This document shows positions 29,901-39,559 of a stretch of 64,000 bases of DNA, piece after piece. The notes under the pieces were generated by a model. The model saw only the letters and a list, made by a program, of their open reading frames with translations. It searched no databases and was not told the DNA's origin. The DNA is from a virus (Duplodnaviria > Caudoviricetes): IMG/VR virus record IMGVR_UViG_3300013121_000009, positions 54,426-118,425 of that record. One strand, 5' to 3'. The position numbers were made by a program, and so were the translations under genes. Each line of letters begins with the position of its first letter. Position 1 is the stretch's first letter.

Positions 29901-31638
29901 ATTCTATCATATTAAATAACTGGTCATGTTGTAAAGCCTTGAATGCCAATACATTTCCCGTTTTTACTGCATTAGCCATTTGACTTGCTAATACATGAGT
30001 CGTTACTGCTGCATCAAATGCTATTCCATCTCTTTCTGAAGTTTCCTTGATATATTCTAAGAATTTATCAGAAGAAATAATATTTTTAGCTTCGAAAGAA
30101 TTATATGTATCTATTAGGCTTTTTCTATAATCTTCACTTGCTTTAGTTTCTCCAGTATATTTACCATATGCAGCTTTCCCTACATGAACCATAGACCCAG
30201 TAAGACCTCCTATAAAAAAGTTCTCTAGGCCTTCTTTATCAAACATTCTACTTAATCCATAAACTTGTGATTCTACATAATCACCTAAACCACCCCTTAT
30301 CTGATGGTTATATTTTTTAGAAGCATAGTCATGAGTTGCTTTTTCAAAAGAATACTGTAATGCTTCTTGAATACCTTCTGACCAAAAATCTCTGGAAGCT
30401 TCAGACTTGGCAACCATATAAGCTTTTTCTCCCCAGCCTATATCTTTTCCAGCTCTTGAAATAATATTTCCAGCTTTATCAATAAATTCTCTAGAGCCCC
30501 ATCCTTCTATATCTCTGGCAAACATACCTGTAACAGAAGATTTAAATGGAGAAAATATTCCTCCAAACTGTATGGCATTCGTTACAGCTAAAGTTACTAA
30601 GTTTAATCCATAACGAACATTGGCAGAAGCATCAGCAATCTTTCTAATCTCAGTATATTCTGATGCATTAGGAAGCCTATTATTTTTATCTATAAAATCT
30701 GCAATTAAATCTCTATTAATACCAATAGCTCCATCAATGCCTTCTACAGAAGCTTCTCCACTGGCTGCATTAAAATCTATTGCTGCTGCTTTAGCTAAAG
30801 TAAATGCTTTTTTTCCAGCAGATGCTGTATCCCAAGCTTGAGTTGCATTCTTCATAAAACCTAAAGTTCTAGAAGTCATTACTCCTTCTTCTACTAATGT
30901 ACCAGCCTTTGCAATCTTATTTACATTTAAAAAAGCTTTCTCTAACCAGCTTGCTGCTTTTCCTAACTGAAGTCCTATTAATGGCACGGAAGCTTCTGGC
31001 CCTGCAATGAATGAAATAGCAGCATCTTGAATAGCAGCAGCAGCAATAGCACCACCCATAAAACCTAAATTCTTTACAAATTTATCTCCCCAAAAGTTAC
31101 CAAATCCTGATGTAAATGGAAGAAAACCTTTTAAAGGATTTTTAGAATTTCTTTCTTCTGCTGAATAATAATTAGGAAAATAATCTTCCCATTTTCCTTG
31201 CATTGAAAAAAGTCTTCTATTTGTATCTGTATCATAATACCCTGGAGTAAATGAAGGAATAAATGAAGATAGAAAAGCTGGAAACATTTTAGCAGAACCG
31301 TTTAATGTTTTGCTCATCCACCCTTGTTTTTGAGCATTTAAATCTTCATTATCATAATATCTTGGGTCCTTAAAAATAGGATCTTTCTTATGCCAAGAAG
31401 ACTGAAAATATCGTGAAGACTCAGAAGGTGTTGCATAATATCTTCCTGTTTGCTTCTCTTTAGCTAAAGCTTTATATTCTTCAGAAAAATCCTGATTAGA
31501 AGTTAAATTTCTAAAGTCGAATGTTGCGGAAGGTTTAAAGTCATTAATAATAGGATTAACTACAGTATCATTTTCAGGAACAGAAGGCTGTCCTTTATCT
31601 GGACTAAAGTCTAAACTAGTAACTATATTATCAATCAT
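26914..31638 (-). CDS. large virion cargo/ejection protein with N-terminal Gly/Ala-rich hydrophobic helices
   Basis: 1574 aa; NLGFMGGAIAAAA, EGIQEALQ, FFIGGLTG segments, coiled coil, acidic linker; position upstream of vRNAP as in crAss-like phages. Confidence 0.75.
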   Translation of the reverse strand: MIDNIVTSLDFSPDKGQPSVPENDTVVNPIINDFKPSATFDFRNLTSNQDFSEEYKALAKEKQTGRYYATPSESSRYFQSSWHKKDPIFKDPRYYDNEDLNAQKQGWMSKTLNGSAKMFPAFLSSFIPSFTPGYYDTDTNRRLFSMQGKWEDYFPNYYSAEERNSKNPLKGFLPFTSGFGNFWGDKFVKNLGFMGGAIAAAAIQDAAISFIAGPEASVPLIGLQLGKAASWLEKAFLNVNKIAKAGTLVEEGVMTSRTLGFMKNATQAWDTASAGKKAFTLAKAAAIDFNAASGEASVEGIDGAIGINRDLIADFIDKNNRLPNASEYTEIRKIADASANVRYGLNLVTLAVTNAIQFGGIFSPFKSSVTGMFARDIEGWGSREFIDKAGNIISRAGKDIGWGEKAYMVAKSEASRDFWSEGIQEALQYSFEKATHDYASKKYNHQIRGGLGDYVESQVYGLSRMFDKEGLENFFIGGLTGSMVHVGKAAYGKYTGETKASEDYRKSLIDTYNSFEAKNIISSDKFLEYIKETSERDGIAFDAAVTTHVLASQMANAVKTGNVLAFKALQHDQLFNMIESAVKLNKFEAALEKLNTFKELAPEEFMKLMNVSTDGLTEDEKNDLYGNIDSYVDNIIQKAKHIKNTVELVNNSLTTELNPAKDFLRWTAFQDLKTTMAHGMSYMEDLNSRIPADIQDIIDKYPFMQDLVGDIINIEKINNHFANKENELSSAIDRYNILAKSIQEAKKDSHLFNQEILDKQIKERDLLKTKIKDLREFITETNNRIKVYETVKAAGDESSPKSVAAYKNIISHILENELKNKGYDKPLLKSQVDEIINGLADLNLMNHALSLFLDANKRLQTSEGQKEFLDKYITTYKAHNSAYLKRIREARYSVLKNYKEESIDSLAKQISAIETLISENEADLDAQKTALDELKAINIDTLTPEEKVEHESKIKDLEEKIKVTEENIKEHQKNMEELAQLRADLIEGRDIPTEIKVESPEEEAPVEDVPEVVIVPESIEEPTESLEEVDQAQEEEKIIKEENDIPTATSGATTKGPATIFTDSRDKGEKLAPAYLRFQKILNFFTRPGSETLPEFMLANNIEFILMVPDERFFGENQLFQEEYWNNDPQKRGQVLVAVKKDTTEPIKLFWNGSGYEVNDKGNYFAHTVRDLESRAYLNANPTHIINVQIKRITNGKFKFYAKTASSPLIPGTIFKADGTLSDFIDFEVPGYGPQIQGVEGGVPIMKGFPYLLVKNGSDTFEEGVESIPYLRIPLLAKDLSKTSHMEVITKIIKEFENIINNKSKVNPEDVQKFLESIIYNNSNINVGKGETLSVQMAFQEHGKGKAPFISISRMKNGKVIGQFKIFTSATQEGWKIKNVFLVTKNKKVSGKEVSALNSIDKNSLQEILSGLRTNIAINPVDAIREGKDGLEYLPLKTQDAYLKWWIETAEPSTKIKLMLPDTKDGNPNMVMSPLSRAIEYETLKPGEFDEEVPTISTEVVTPEKQEEETPRPELSLNLIEDTQTLSKKATEKVVITNKGKSIEKQDATVADQQEEIKRKAKELEDIINCIWQK

Positions 31639-34454
31639 CTTATGTATTTAAGTTGTTGTATTCTTTTCGCTAATTCTTCTCTAGAATAATTATCTTCATT
31701 ATTCTGTAAATTATCACCTATAATTTTTCTATAAGCATATTCTATGGAAGGAATATTAGAACCTGCCTTATATCCAGGAAGAGTTGGAAAGATACTAAAG
31801 TCCAAAGTTCCATCTGAATTTTTCTTCGCCACCCTGTATGTACCTATATCTATTTGTTGAAACCAGTATGTTTTTCCCATCCAATCAAATCTATATTGTG
31901 CTATTTGGTCAGCACTTCCTCTTTTTGCCTCTCTATTATAACTAAATTGTACATTCAATATATTCTCTATATCATAGACTACTGGACTATAAATATTGTG
32001 TTGGTCTAACCAATCTTTACTTACTGGAATTTCTCTATCTTGAACTCCTATTAATGCGTTATTGCTTTCATAAGAATATTTAATTTTATATCCTGAATTA
32101 TCTTTTGTTGGAACCAATTTTACACTCTTTATCTTAGTTTTATCAATATCTCCTTGTCCTGCTATCAATACTTTCATATCTGAATCCAAAGTTGAACCTG
32201 GAGAATTTGATACATTTAAATTTCTTGGATATAATTCAGAGCCAACTGGACTTAAAGAAAGAGAACCTATGTGGTCTTCCATGTATCCATCAACTGTTTT
32301 CTTATATTTTTCATAAACATCATCAAGTTGTTTAATTGCAATATTTGGCATAGGTATTGCATCTCTTTCTGCTCTAGATAAGGCATTAGGAGAATAATCT
32401 CCTTTGTAGTATTTTTCTCTAATAAACTTTTCTGGTACTCCATTTAGTGTTGCTATCTCCTGAAGAGCCTTATATGGATAAGATAATGTTTTACTTAGAA
32501 AAGCTTTTGCATATTTTTCAGGAATTATAAATTCTTTTGATACTGGATATCCTTTATTATATCCATAATTTGATTCAAATACAAATTTTCCTATTTTAAC
32601 TCCATCTAATCCACTCTCTGCAACTTCCATTGCATCTTTTTTAAAGTCGTTAAAAATAGATACCCTAGCTTGATATGCAGATTTTTTAGTTGAATAATCT
32701 TGAAGAAATGTTCTAATTTCTGATGCTCCTGGATTTTTGTTTTGAGAATTATATAGATACTCTCCATATGTTAATTCAGAACCAGAAATTTTCTTATTTA
32801 AGTCTTTCTTAGGATCAGCATCAAATTCCATTTGTATTTTTTGATACTCATCTACTTTTTGTTTAAAAGCAGAAGAACTAAGACCTGAAGAGCCTTTTTC
32901 ATAAACTCCAGTATTAAACTGAGATAAAGCATCCTTGAATGCTTGTCCAGAAGACATGTCTATTTCTTCCTGACCTGTTTCTAAATTAACTTTCGAACCT
33001 ATTTCATTTCTTAATCCATTAATTTCATTTAAATAAGAGTCTTTTGTATACTTGTTTTCATCTTGTTTTTCACTTGCTACTGCTACTTGTACTGGGCTTT
33101 CTGGAGTTGAACCTGAAGCTCCACCTCCAGAAGAACTGCTACCACCACTACCACTGCCACTGCTACCTAGCCCAAGTTCCTTTTCCCACATCATTTTTTC
33201 TAAATCATTAGCTAATTTTACATCTGCTTCTTTCAAAGTATTACTTAACTCTTTATCTTTTAAAGCAAATGGATCTGCTGTAATTTCTCTAGATGTTTGA
33301 TTGTAAGCCCAACCTTCAGCAAATCTACGTTTCTCATTTCTCCACCAAACTTGAGTCTTTAAATTATCAAGCTGATTGGCATTTAACTGTGTTTGATATT
33401 CAATAATTTTACCATTAGAATCTTTAATTGGCTTATAAATATCATCAAATTCATTTAAATTTCGATCAACTTCTTCCATCATAACCTTATTATCATTATA
33501 AGAAGCTGTATATTTTGTAAGTTGTCCATTTAAATCTTCAAGAGCTTTTTTCTTGGCTAAAGCATCAGATGACCCATATTGAGACTCTAAATATTTTTTT
33601 GAATCTGGAGTATCATTATTTATATCTTTTATTCTTGAAGTTATATATCCTCTTTCTTTATCTATTACTTCATTTACATCTGCAAAACTTTTTCTTTCAC
33701 TTTCTATTGCACTTCTTTGAGAATCTAATAATAAATTCTGAGGAGTAGTAGAATAAGTCTGTGCTCCATTTACTTCTGCTTGAGCTAAAATTTTTGACCC
33801 ATTTGGAAGAATTTTCATTATATCTTCCATTGATCTAAAAGTTTCTTCCTGTTTAAAAATCCATCCTTTTCCATCAGCAGTTTGAAAAACTTTTGTATTT
33901 GCTGGAAGATCCTTTACTGATTCTCTCATAGCCTTATTTAAGTCTATATATTCTATAGGTGCAGCTACTTGGGCACTCATCATAAAATCTTTGCTAGACA
34001 TTTTTATATTTCTACTAGCTTTTTCTAAGGTATGTGATTCATTTTTTGGATCATATAATTCTGGCTTATTTTCTCTCCATTGATCATAAGTAGCAAATGA
34101 TTTATTCTGCATCTTAGTAAATGAAGCAGCATATTGAATTTCCTTATCGTTGGTAATAGGCTTGAAAAGGTTATCGACCTTTTTAATATTATCTGGATTT
34201 AGTAAATCTAATTTTACTGTAGTATTAAGATCATCCTCCATTTTCTTGAGCATGTTATCTTTTTTATCAGTAATTTCCTTTGAAGCCCAACGGGTATCAA
34301 TACTTAATAAGGCATTTTCCTTATTAGATATAATATCAAGAACCTTGTCATATTTATTTTGTTTTATCTGAGCTGCTTGTAATATATATTGGATTGGCTC
34401 CTGATATGGAGTTACAGATGGGACATTTGGCTTACTTAAATAACTTATTGACAT
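31635..34454 (-). CDS. virion cargo protein
   Basis: 939 aa, helical N-terminus (PYQEPIQYILQAAQIKQNKYD), Gly/Ser linker, cargo-cluster position. Confidence 0.65.
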   Translation of the reverse strand: MSISYLSKPNVPSVTPYQEPIQYILQAAQIKQNKYDKVLDIISNKENALLSIDTRWASKEITDKKDNMLKKMEDDLNTTVKLDLLNPDNIKKVDNLFKPITNDKEIQYAASFTKMQNKSFATYDQWRENKPELYDPKNESHTLEKASRNIKMSSKDFMMSAQVAAPIEYIDLNKAMRESVKDLPANTKVFQTADGKGWIFKQEETFRSMEDIMKILPNGSKILAQAEVNGAQTYSTTPQNLLLDSQRSAIESERKSFADVNEVIDKERGYITSRIKDINNDTPDSKKYLESQYGSSDALAKKKALEDLNGQLTKYTASYNDNKVMMEEVDRNLNEFDDIYKPIKDSNGKIIEYQTQLNANQLDNLKTQVWWRNEKRRFAEGWAYNQTSREITADPFALKDKELSNTLKEADVKLANDLEKMMWEKELGLGSSGSGSGGSSSSGGGASGSTPESPVQVAVASEKQDENKYTKDSYLNEINGLRNEIGSKVNLETGQEEIDMSSGQAFKDALSQFNTGVYEKGSSGLSSSAFKQKVDEYQKIQMEFDADPKKDLNKKISGSELTYGEYLYNSQNKNPGASEIRTFLQDYSTKKSAYQARVSIFNDFKKDAMEVAESGLDGVKIGKFVFESNYGYNKGYPVSKEFIIPEKYAKAFLSKTLSYPYKALQEIATLNGVPEKFIREKYYKGDYSPNALSRAERDAIPMPNIAIKQLDDVYEKYKKTVDGYMEDHIGSLSLSPVGSELYPRNLNVSNSPGSTLDSDMKVLIAGQGDIDKTKIKSVKLVPTKDNSGYKIKYSYESNNALIGVQDREIPVSKDWLDQHNIYSPVVYDIENILNVQFSYNREAKRGSADQIAQYRFDWMGKTYWFQQIDIGTYRVAKKNSDGTLDFSIFPTLPGYKAGSNIPSIEYAYRKIIGDNLQNNEDNYSREELAKRIQQLKYIR

Positions 34455-34456
34455 TA

Positions 34457-35236
34457 TTATATATGTTTAAATTCCCATCTGAATCCGTAAGCTGATTTTC
34501 TCTTTCCCTTACAACAAGCTGATATAGGAGCTGATGAATAAATTTTTAAAAATTTTGCAACATCGGTAGCACTCTCAAATTCTCTTATAATTTTACCTTC
34601 TAAATTTAACTGCAAAACTGGTTTTTTCTTTGTTCTATTATATTCAAAAAGTATTTTCATATGTGATTTTGAATTAATTTTTCCTTTCCTTAAGTTTTTT
34701 AATCTCTCACTTTTTAAGATTTTTTCTTCCTCTGACATATTATTCCATTTTTCTTTCCAAGTTTTAGACATTTTAATACGAGATTTTTCAGTATGTTTGT
34801 AACCAGTTGTTATACCAGCAATTTTACAAATATTATAACCCTTATCTTTTTCATAAGATTTATAGAAATTTAACCAATGTTGTTCTCTTTTTTCAAGTTC
34901 TTCATTATTAACTTCTTCAATTATTTTAAATCTAAAATGCTCAGAACTATATTTTTTCCAACATCTTTGTAAATAGATAGAATGATGTTTTCCATTATTT
35001 AAATCCATGAAATGTCTTTTAATTCTATCATAGCAATTTATTGAAGAACCTATATATTTTTTCCCTGTAAGAATATTTTCGATAATATAAATTCCAGATT
35101 TAGAATTTGTCTTTCTATCTACTTTTTCTAAAAGAAATCCAGCAGGAATTGAATCCTGATTGGATATATTTTGAATTTCTGGAGCTGAAATAGGATTATG
35201 TAGATTTCCTGCTGGACACCCTAGAGCTTGTGTCAT
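34457..35236 (-). CDS. free-standing GIY-YIG homing endonuclease (NUMOD3 + NUMOD1)
   Basis: SGIYIIENILTGKKYIGSS; HTEKSRIKMS; KKPVLQLNLEGKIIREFESATDVA...ISACCKGKRKSAYGFRW. Confidence 0.92.
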   Translation of the reverse strand: MTQALGCPAGNLHNPISAPEIQNISNQDSIPAGFLLEKVDRKTNSKSGIYIIENILTGKKYIGSSINCYDRIKRHFMDLNNGKHHSIYLQRCWKKYSSEHFRFKIIEEVNNEELEKREQHWLNFYKSYEKDKGYNICKIAGITTGYKHTEKSRIKMSKTWKEKWNNMSEEEKILKSERLKNLRKGKINSKSHMKILFEYNRTKKKPVLQLNLEGKIIREFESATDVAKFLKIYSSAPISACCKGKRKSAYGFRWEFKHI

Positions 35237-35301
35237 AATATTCTATGTTAAGTTTTAACTTCCTATGTTATATATTTAAATGCATTTCTTAAGCCTCATA
35301 C

Positions 35302-35332
35302 TAATTTACAACATTATAGTTATGTATACAAA
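35302..35332 (-). promoter_or_regulatory. possible promoter upstream of second GIY-YIG gene
   Basis: TTTG-N20-TAAATTA in a 118-nt intergenic gap. Confidence 0.35.
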
Positions 35333-35354
35333 TAAATTTCATTAATTTTTAAAG

Positions 35355-38129
35355 TTATGTTGTTGAAGCTTCATTACCACCATCCATATTAGCAATTTTT
35401 ATTTTCCCTTTATCATCCTTATACCAATAAGAATTAGTTCCAGGAATTTTCTTAAATTTCTCGCTATTAGAACTTCCTGTATTTGAGTTGATAAATTTCT
35501 CTATCTGATTATACTGTGCTATCTTATCCTTATTAGGTACTAATTTTCCAGATATAGGGTCATAGTCATAAACTGTATTAGACAATCCAAGTTGCATAGC
35601 TCTGTCTTCTTCTGCTTTTCTAAGTCCAATATTTGTCATATAGTCAGCAGTTGCATATTGTTGTTGTCTTTGATTTTCAAGAGTTTGTAACCATTCTTGC
35701 TCAAATTGTTTTCCTAGATTTTGGTTAGATTTTAACCATTGATTTAAATATTCAGTTCCTGATACACCTTTTTGAGTTTTAAGAGCTTGTTCTCTATTAT
35801 ATTTATCTGTCAATAATTGATTATTAACATTTTGATAATTTGATTGTATTTGAGCTAATCTAGCATTTCTTACAGAAGGGTTTCCTGTTGCTTGAGCTTG
35901 CTCCGTTAATAAACCTCTTTGATTTTCATTTAATTGAGCTTGAACTGAAACATCAGTATTAATATAGTCTGCTGGATTGTGATATTCATCTTGTCTTAAA
36001 ACAGGAGATATTAACGGTTCGAACATTCTAGGAAGAGCATTTAAATATGGTGCAGCGTTTCTTAAGCCATATCTAATTCTATCCATAATAGATGTCATAG
36101 AAGCAGGGTCTGATGACTCAGATTGATATGCATCTTCTTTAGCTTTATTTTCAGCATCTTTATCTATTGGATTATCATTTTTAGTAACATTAGAATTTAA
36201 ATCTCTGAAATATTGTGAACCATCCATGTTATAACCCATTACAAGTTCATTTCCCGAAAGATTTGGAAGTTGTTTATGTGCTAAATTACGCTCATCTGAA
36301 GATAACTGATTAATATTCATAGGAGTTTCATATCCATATAAGAAATCTCCATTATTTCCAGATTTATTACTTTCAGGAGTAGTACTAGTATTAGGATAAC
36401 TTCCCATTCTTCTAGAAGCAGATCTCAATAAAGATTCAGTAACAACATCCCAAATATTATCTTTGTTTTTTTCAAGATTCCAGTTAGAAGGTTTATAACT
36501 AGGCGTAGACCAACTATCAATTCCTAGTTGATTTACCCTTTCTGAATCTGAGTTTGGGTTTCCAAAAACTTTTATGAAATAGTCAGTTAGAGGATTTACC
36601 ATTTTATTAAATTCTGGATTTCTTTTTCTTTTTTTAAAATCCATTGAATTATAGTCAGAATCTCCAAGAATTTTTTTAAGCATTCCAGATAGTTGTTTTT
36701 TATCTTCCTCTGTTGCTGAACTTAGTGCATCTTTAAATATTAATCCATCACTAGCTTTTACAAATCCACCCTTCTCAAATTTTTGAGTATTTCTTTTTCC
36801 TAAATTAGCTGTTCCAAGTCCATAAACATAGTTAGCATAACCCAATCTTCTCCTATCGTTAGCTTCTTTTTCCCCAGGTATTTCATACTTTTTACGTACA
36901 ATCATAGTAGCTTCTTCTATAGAATTTGCACCAGCAAGTTGTTTTGCTACTGCTGCGTGACTAGTTGAAAGCTCATGGTCCACATAAGAAAGCTGAGTAT
37001 CCATATCGTATGGGTTTAGCTGATTTTGTTCTGCCCAAGTCTTAAAGTTGATTTTTCTATCTTTAAACCATTGAGCAATGCCAAATGCTCCTATACTATT
37101 AGTTACAGTAGGATTTAAATTAGATTCTTGAATTAGATTTCCAACAATTCCTGCTGCTTGTACAGGAGTGTATCCCTTATCAATAAAGAAGTTATTTGCA
37201 TAATTAGCTCTTAATTTTAAATCTCCTGTAAGTTTCACATTTTCAGGAGCTTTAAATGTTTTTCCAGATAAATCTGGTGTCATTCCTGACTGGTGAGCTA
37301 ATGATATAAAATCTTCAAATGAAGTATCTGGCTTAAGTTTATCTGCAAATTGAGAGAACTTTTCTATAGAAGCGTTCATTCCATCTGCCGCCTTAAGCAT
37401 TGGTTCTAGACCTATCTTAGAATTTAAGAATTGTTGTGCTTTATTTCTAGCTAGAGTTCCTCTTTTTGTAATATCTTTGATATGAGAACCAAACTCAGCC
37501 ATATTTTGATTTATATAATTAGCCTTTTCTTTCTGTTCTTTTAAATTAAGAGCAGATTCTTGTCTATTATTAAGTTCTTTTCTAGCCATAGCTAGTTTTG
37601 TAAGCATTATTCCTAAACTTTCTTCTGATATCTTATCAACCATTCCTTTACTCTGAAGCTCATTAAAGTTTTTCTGGATTTTTTCTTCCTGATTTGATAT
37701 ATAATCTGAAGCTTCCTTATGAGATTTTCCTTTAAAATTTTTATTCCCAATCTTAAAGTCAGTATCAATTTTAAATTTATGTGAATTTATTACAGAACCT
37801 GGTTCTAATCTAACATCTACCCCATCCTGTTTATGTGAAGCACTACTTCCATCATTAGGAATTTCGTAAGTAGTTTCTCCAGAAACTGGATTTTCAGACT
37901 TTTTTATAAGTTTACCACCCAAAGAAGAAGGCTTTGAATCAGATGCTACTGTAACATTTTCATTTCTCTCTGCTTCAATATCTACTTTATTTGGCTCATC
38001 AAATGCCTTTGATTTTTCCATCAAGTTTTGAACAACTTGATTTTTTACAGCCTTATCATCTATCATATCCAATTTTTCCTGGATATGTGGAGGCAGGGTG
38101 TCTATAAATTGTTTTTGTAATAGTTCCAT
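35355..38129 (-). CDS. virion cargo protein with phage tail lysozyme (Phage_lysozyme2-like) domain
   Basis: GYTPVQAAGIVGNLIQESNLNP..GAFGIAQW..R (~36830-37200). Confidence 0.8.
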   Translation of the reverse strand: MELLQKQFIDTLPPHIQEKLDMIDDKAVKNQVVQNLMEKSKAFDEPNKVDIEAERNENVTVASDSKPSSLGGKLIKKSENPVSGETTYEIPNDGSSASHKQDGVDVRLEPGSVINSHKFKIDTDFKIGNKNFKGKSHKEASDYISNQEEKIQKNFNELQSKGMVDKISEESLGIMLTKLAMARKELNNRQESALNLKEQKEKANYINQNMAEFGSHIKDITKRGTLARNKAQQFLNSKIGLEPMLKAADGMNASIEKFSQFADKLKPDTSFEDFISLAHQSGMTPDLSGKTFKAPENVKLTGDLKLRANYANNFFIDKGYTPVQAAGIVGNLIQESNLNPTVTNSIGAFGIAQWFKDRKINFKTWAEQNQLNPYDMDTQLSYVDHELSTSHAAVAKQLAGANSIEEATMIVRKKYEIPGEKEANDRRRLGYANYVYGLGTANLGKRNTQKFEKGGFVKASDGLIFKDALSSATEEDKKQLSGMLKKILGDSDYNSMDFKKRKRNPEFNKMVNPLTDYFIKVFGNPNSDSERVNQLGIDSWSTPSYKPSNWNLEKNKDNIWDVVTESLLRSASRRMGSYPNTSTTPESNKSGNNGDFLYGYETPMNINQLSSDERNLAHKQLPNLSGNELVMGYNMDGSQYFRDLNSNVTKNDNPIDKDAENKAKEDAYQSESSDPASMTSIMDRIRYGLRNAAPYLNALPRMFEPLISPVLRQDEYHNPADYINTDVSVQAQLNENQRGLLTEQAQATGNPSVRNARLAQIQSNYQNVNNQLLTDKYNREQALKTQKGVSGTEYLNQWLKSNQNLGKQFEQEWLQTLENQRQQQYATADYMTNIGLRKAEEDRAMQLGLSNTVYDYDPISGKLVPNKDKIAQYNQIEKFINSNTGSSNSEKFKKIPGTNSYWYKDDKGKIKIANMDGGNEASTT

Positions 38130-38132
38130 CAG

Positions 38133-38153
38133 TATAATTTAATAAATTATTTC
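38133..38153 (-). promoter_or_regulatory. putative late promoter, copy 1
   Basis: GAAATAATTTATTAAATTATA, identical to 51893-51913, 3 nt before ATG. Confidence 0.55.
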
Positions 38154-38166
38154 CTAATATTTAAAG

Positions 38167-39549
38167 TTATTTTTTATTGTAGTTTTCAAAATCTTGATAT
38201 ATAGAATCAATTATTCCCTGATATTTTGGATTAAATTCCTGAACTCTTTTTCCAAACTCAGCTAATTCATTTCCATAATTATTTTGAGAAGACACTCCTT
38301 TATTTCTTTCATTAAAATCTGCGTAATCCATAGCCTTCTTTTTTTCTACAGTAGCAATATGTTCTCCCCAAGCAGTAAAAGGAGCAGCAAAAATACTAGT
38401 TAAAGCCCCTAAAGCCTTACCTGCTCCAGGGATAGGAACTACATTTCCTATAGATTCTCCTATTTTACCAATTTGCCCTGCTTTTTGTAAAGCTCTGGCA
38501 GCAGATTCATCTCCCGCTAAAGAAGCAATTGCTCCTCCACCTTGAATAACTGCATCTCCAGCAGAACCTATTATATCTAATGGATTAACTTTTAGTTTCT
38601 TTGATGGATTTCCTTCATCTCCTATCCCAGTTCCTTTTATACCTACTTCTTGCTCTGGATTTCCATTTTCTAAGTTAACATTTGTAATACCTATTCCACC
38701 TTGTTTTCCATTTTTAATATTATTAAAGTCAATACCTATTCCACCTGGTCCTTGTCCATATTGAGTAGTTTTATTTAAATCTATCCCAGTATATCCAGAT
38801 AATTGACCAAATTTGAAGTTTTCAACTCTATTCCCTGGATTAAACGTGTCGAATCCATTATAAGCTTTAATAAACCCTCCCATTTTCATAGGTTCTCCTT
38901 TGAGTAAGGTTTTTCCATCAAGAGAATAACCAACTGATTTATTATCCTTATCGTAGACATTAAAATAGCCTTTAGGTGTTTTATTTAAAAAGTAATCCTT
39001 ACTAAGCATTTCTGTTTGTAATAATTTTTCCTTAATTAAATCTGGATTAATTAGATTTCCATTTACATTATCCCAATTAAATGTACTTTTTACATCTTGA
39101 TTATATGAAGTAAGAGAATCTCTTTCTCTAGAATTTTCAATTGAACTATAAGGATTAACATTTATTCCATCTTGAGCCATTTGTTCTCCCTGAAGCTCTT
39201 GAGCCATTTGTTGAATAGCTTGTTGTTGATTCTTGGGATTCATAGCTTGAAGTTGTTTCATAATTTCTTGAGGGTCAACTTTTGCTTTTTGAGCATATGC
39301 TTGAATTATCTGAGTTACTTGATCTTGAACCTGAGTACCATCTTCAGCATGATGCCATTTAGCAGCATTCTGGGCAAAGATTGCCCTCTTCCTAGTTAAA
39401 GGATTTTTGGAATGCGTTAATTCTTCAGTGGATTTTCCAGTTCTTTTCTTTAAAGCATTGAACTTACCTTTATTTTCAGGTTTTATATGAATAGTTCCAC
39501 CATTTTTCATTTGAAGAAATTCTTCTTCCGTAACCCATCTTTTTGCCAT
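38167..39549 (-). CDS. virion cargo protein
   Basis: 460 aa; GGTIHIKPENKGKF...RKRAIFAQNAAKW motif familiar from crAss-like cargo genes; Q-rich segment; Gly/Ala-rich C-terminal helices. Confidence 0.65.
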   Translation of the reverse strand: MAKRWVTEEEFLQMKNGGTIHIKPENKGKFNALKKRTGKSTEELTHSKNPLTRKRAIFAQNAAKWHHAEDGTQVQDQVTQIIQAYAQKAKVDPQEIMKQLQAMNPKNQQQAIQQMAQELQGEQMAQDGINVNPYSSIENSRERDSLTSYNQDVKSTFNWDNVNGNLINPDLIKEKLLQTEMLSKDYFLNKTPKGYFNVYDKDNKSVGYSLDGKTLLKGEPMKMGGFIKAYNGFDTFNPGNRVENFKFGQLSGYTGIDLNKTTQYGQGPGGIGIDFNNIKNGKQGGIGITNVNLENGNPEQEVGIKGTGIGDEGNPSKKLKVNPLDIIGSAGDAVIQGGGAIASLAGDESAARALQKAGQIGKIGESIGNVVPIPGAGKALGALTSIFAAPFTAWGEHIATVEKKKAMDYADFNERNKGVSSQNNYGNELAEFGKRVQEFNPKYQGIIDSIYQDFENYNKK

Positions 39550-39559
39550 AATATTATTT

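Noticed and set aside
33110-33175. CCACTG/CCACTA-type short repeats
   Set aside because: Explained by the Gly/Ser linker of the 939-aa protein
34457-35354. Group I intron around the second GIY-YIG gene
   Set aside because: Flanking genes look complete and I recognised no intron core elements; not rigorously excluded without a covariance-model search
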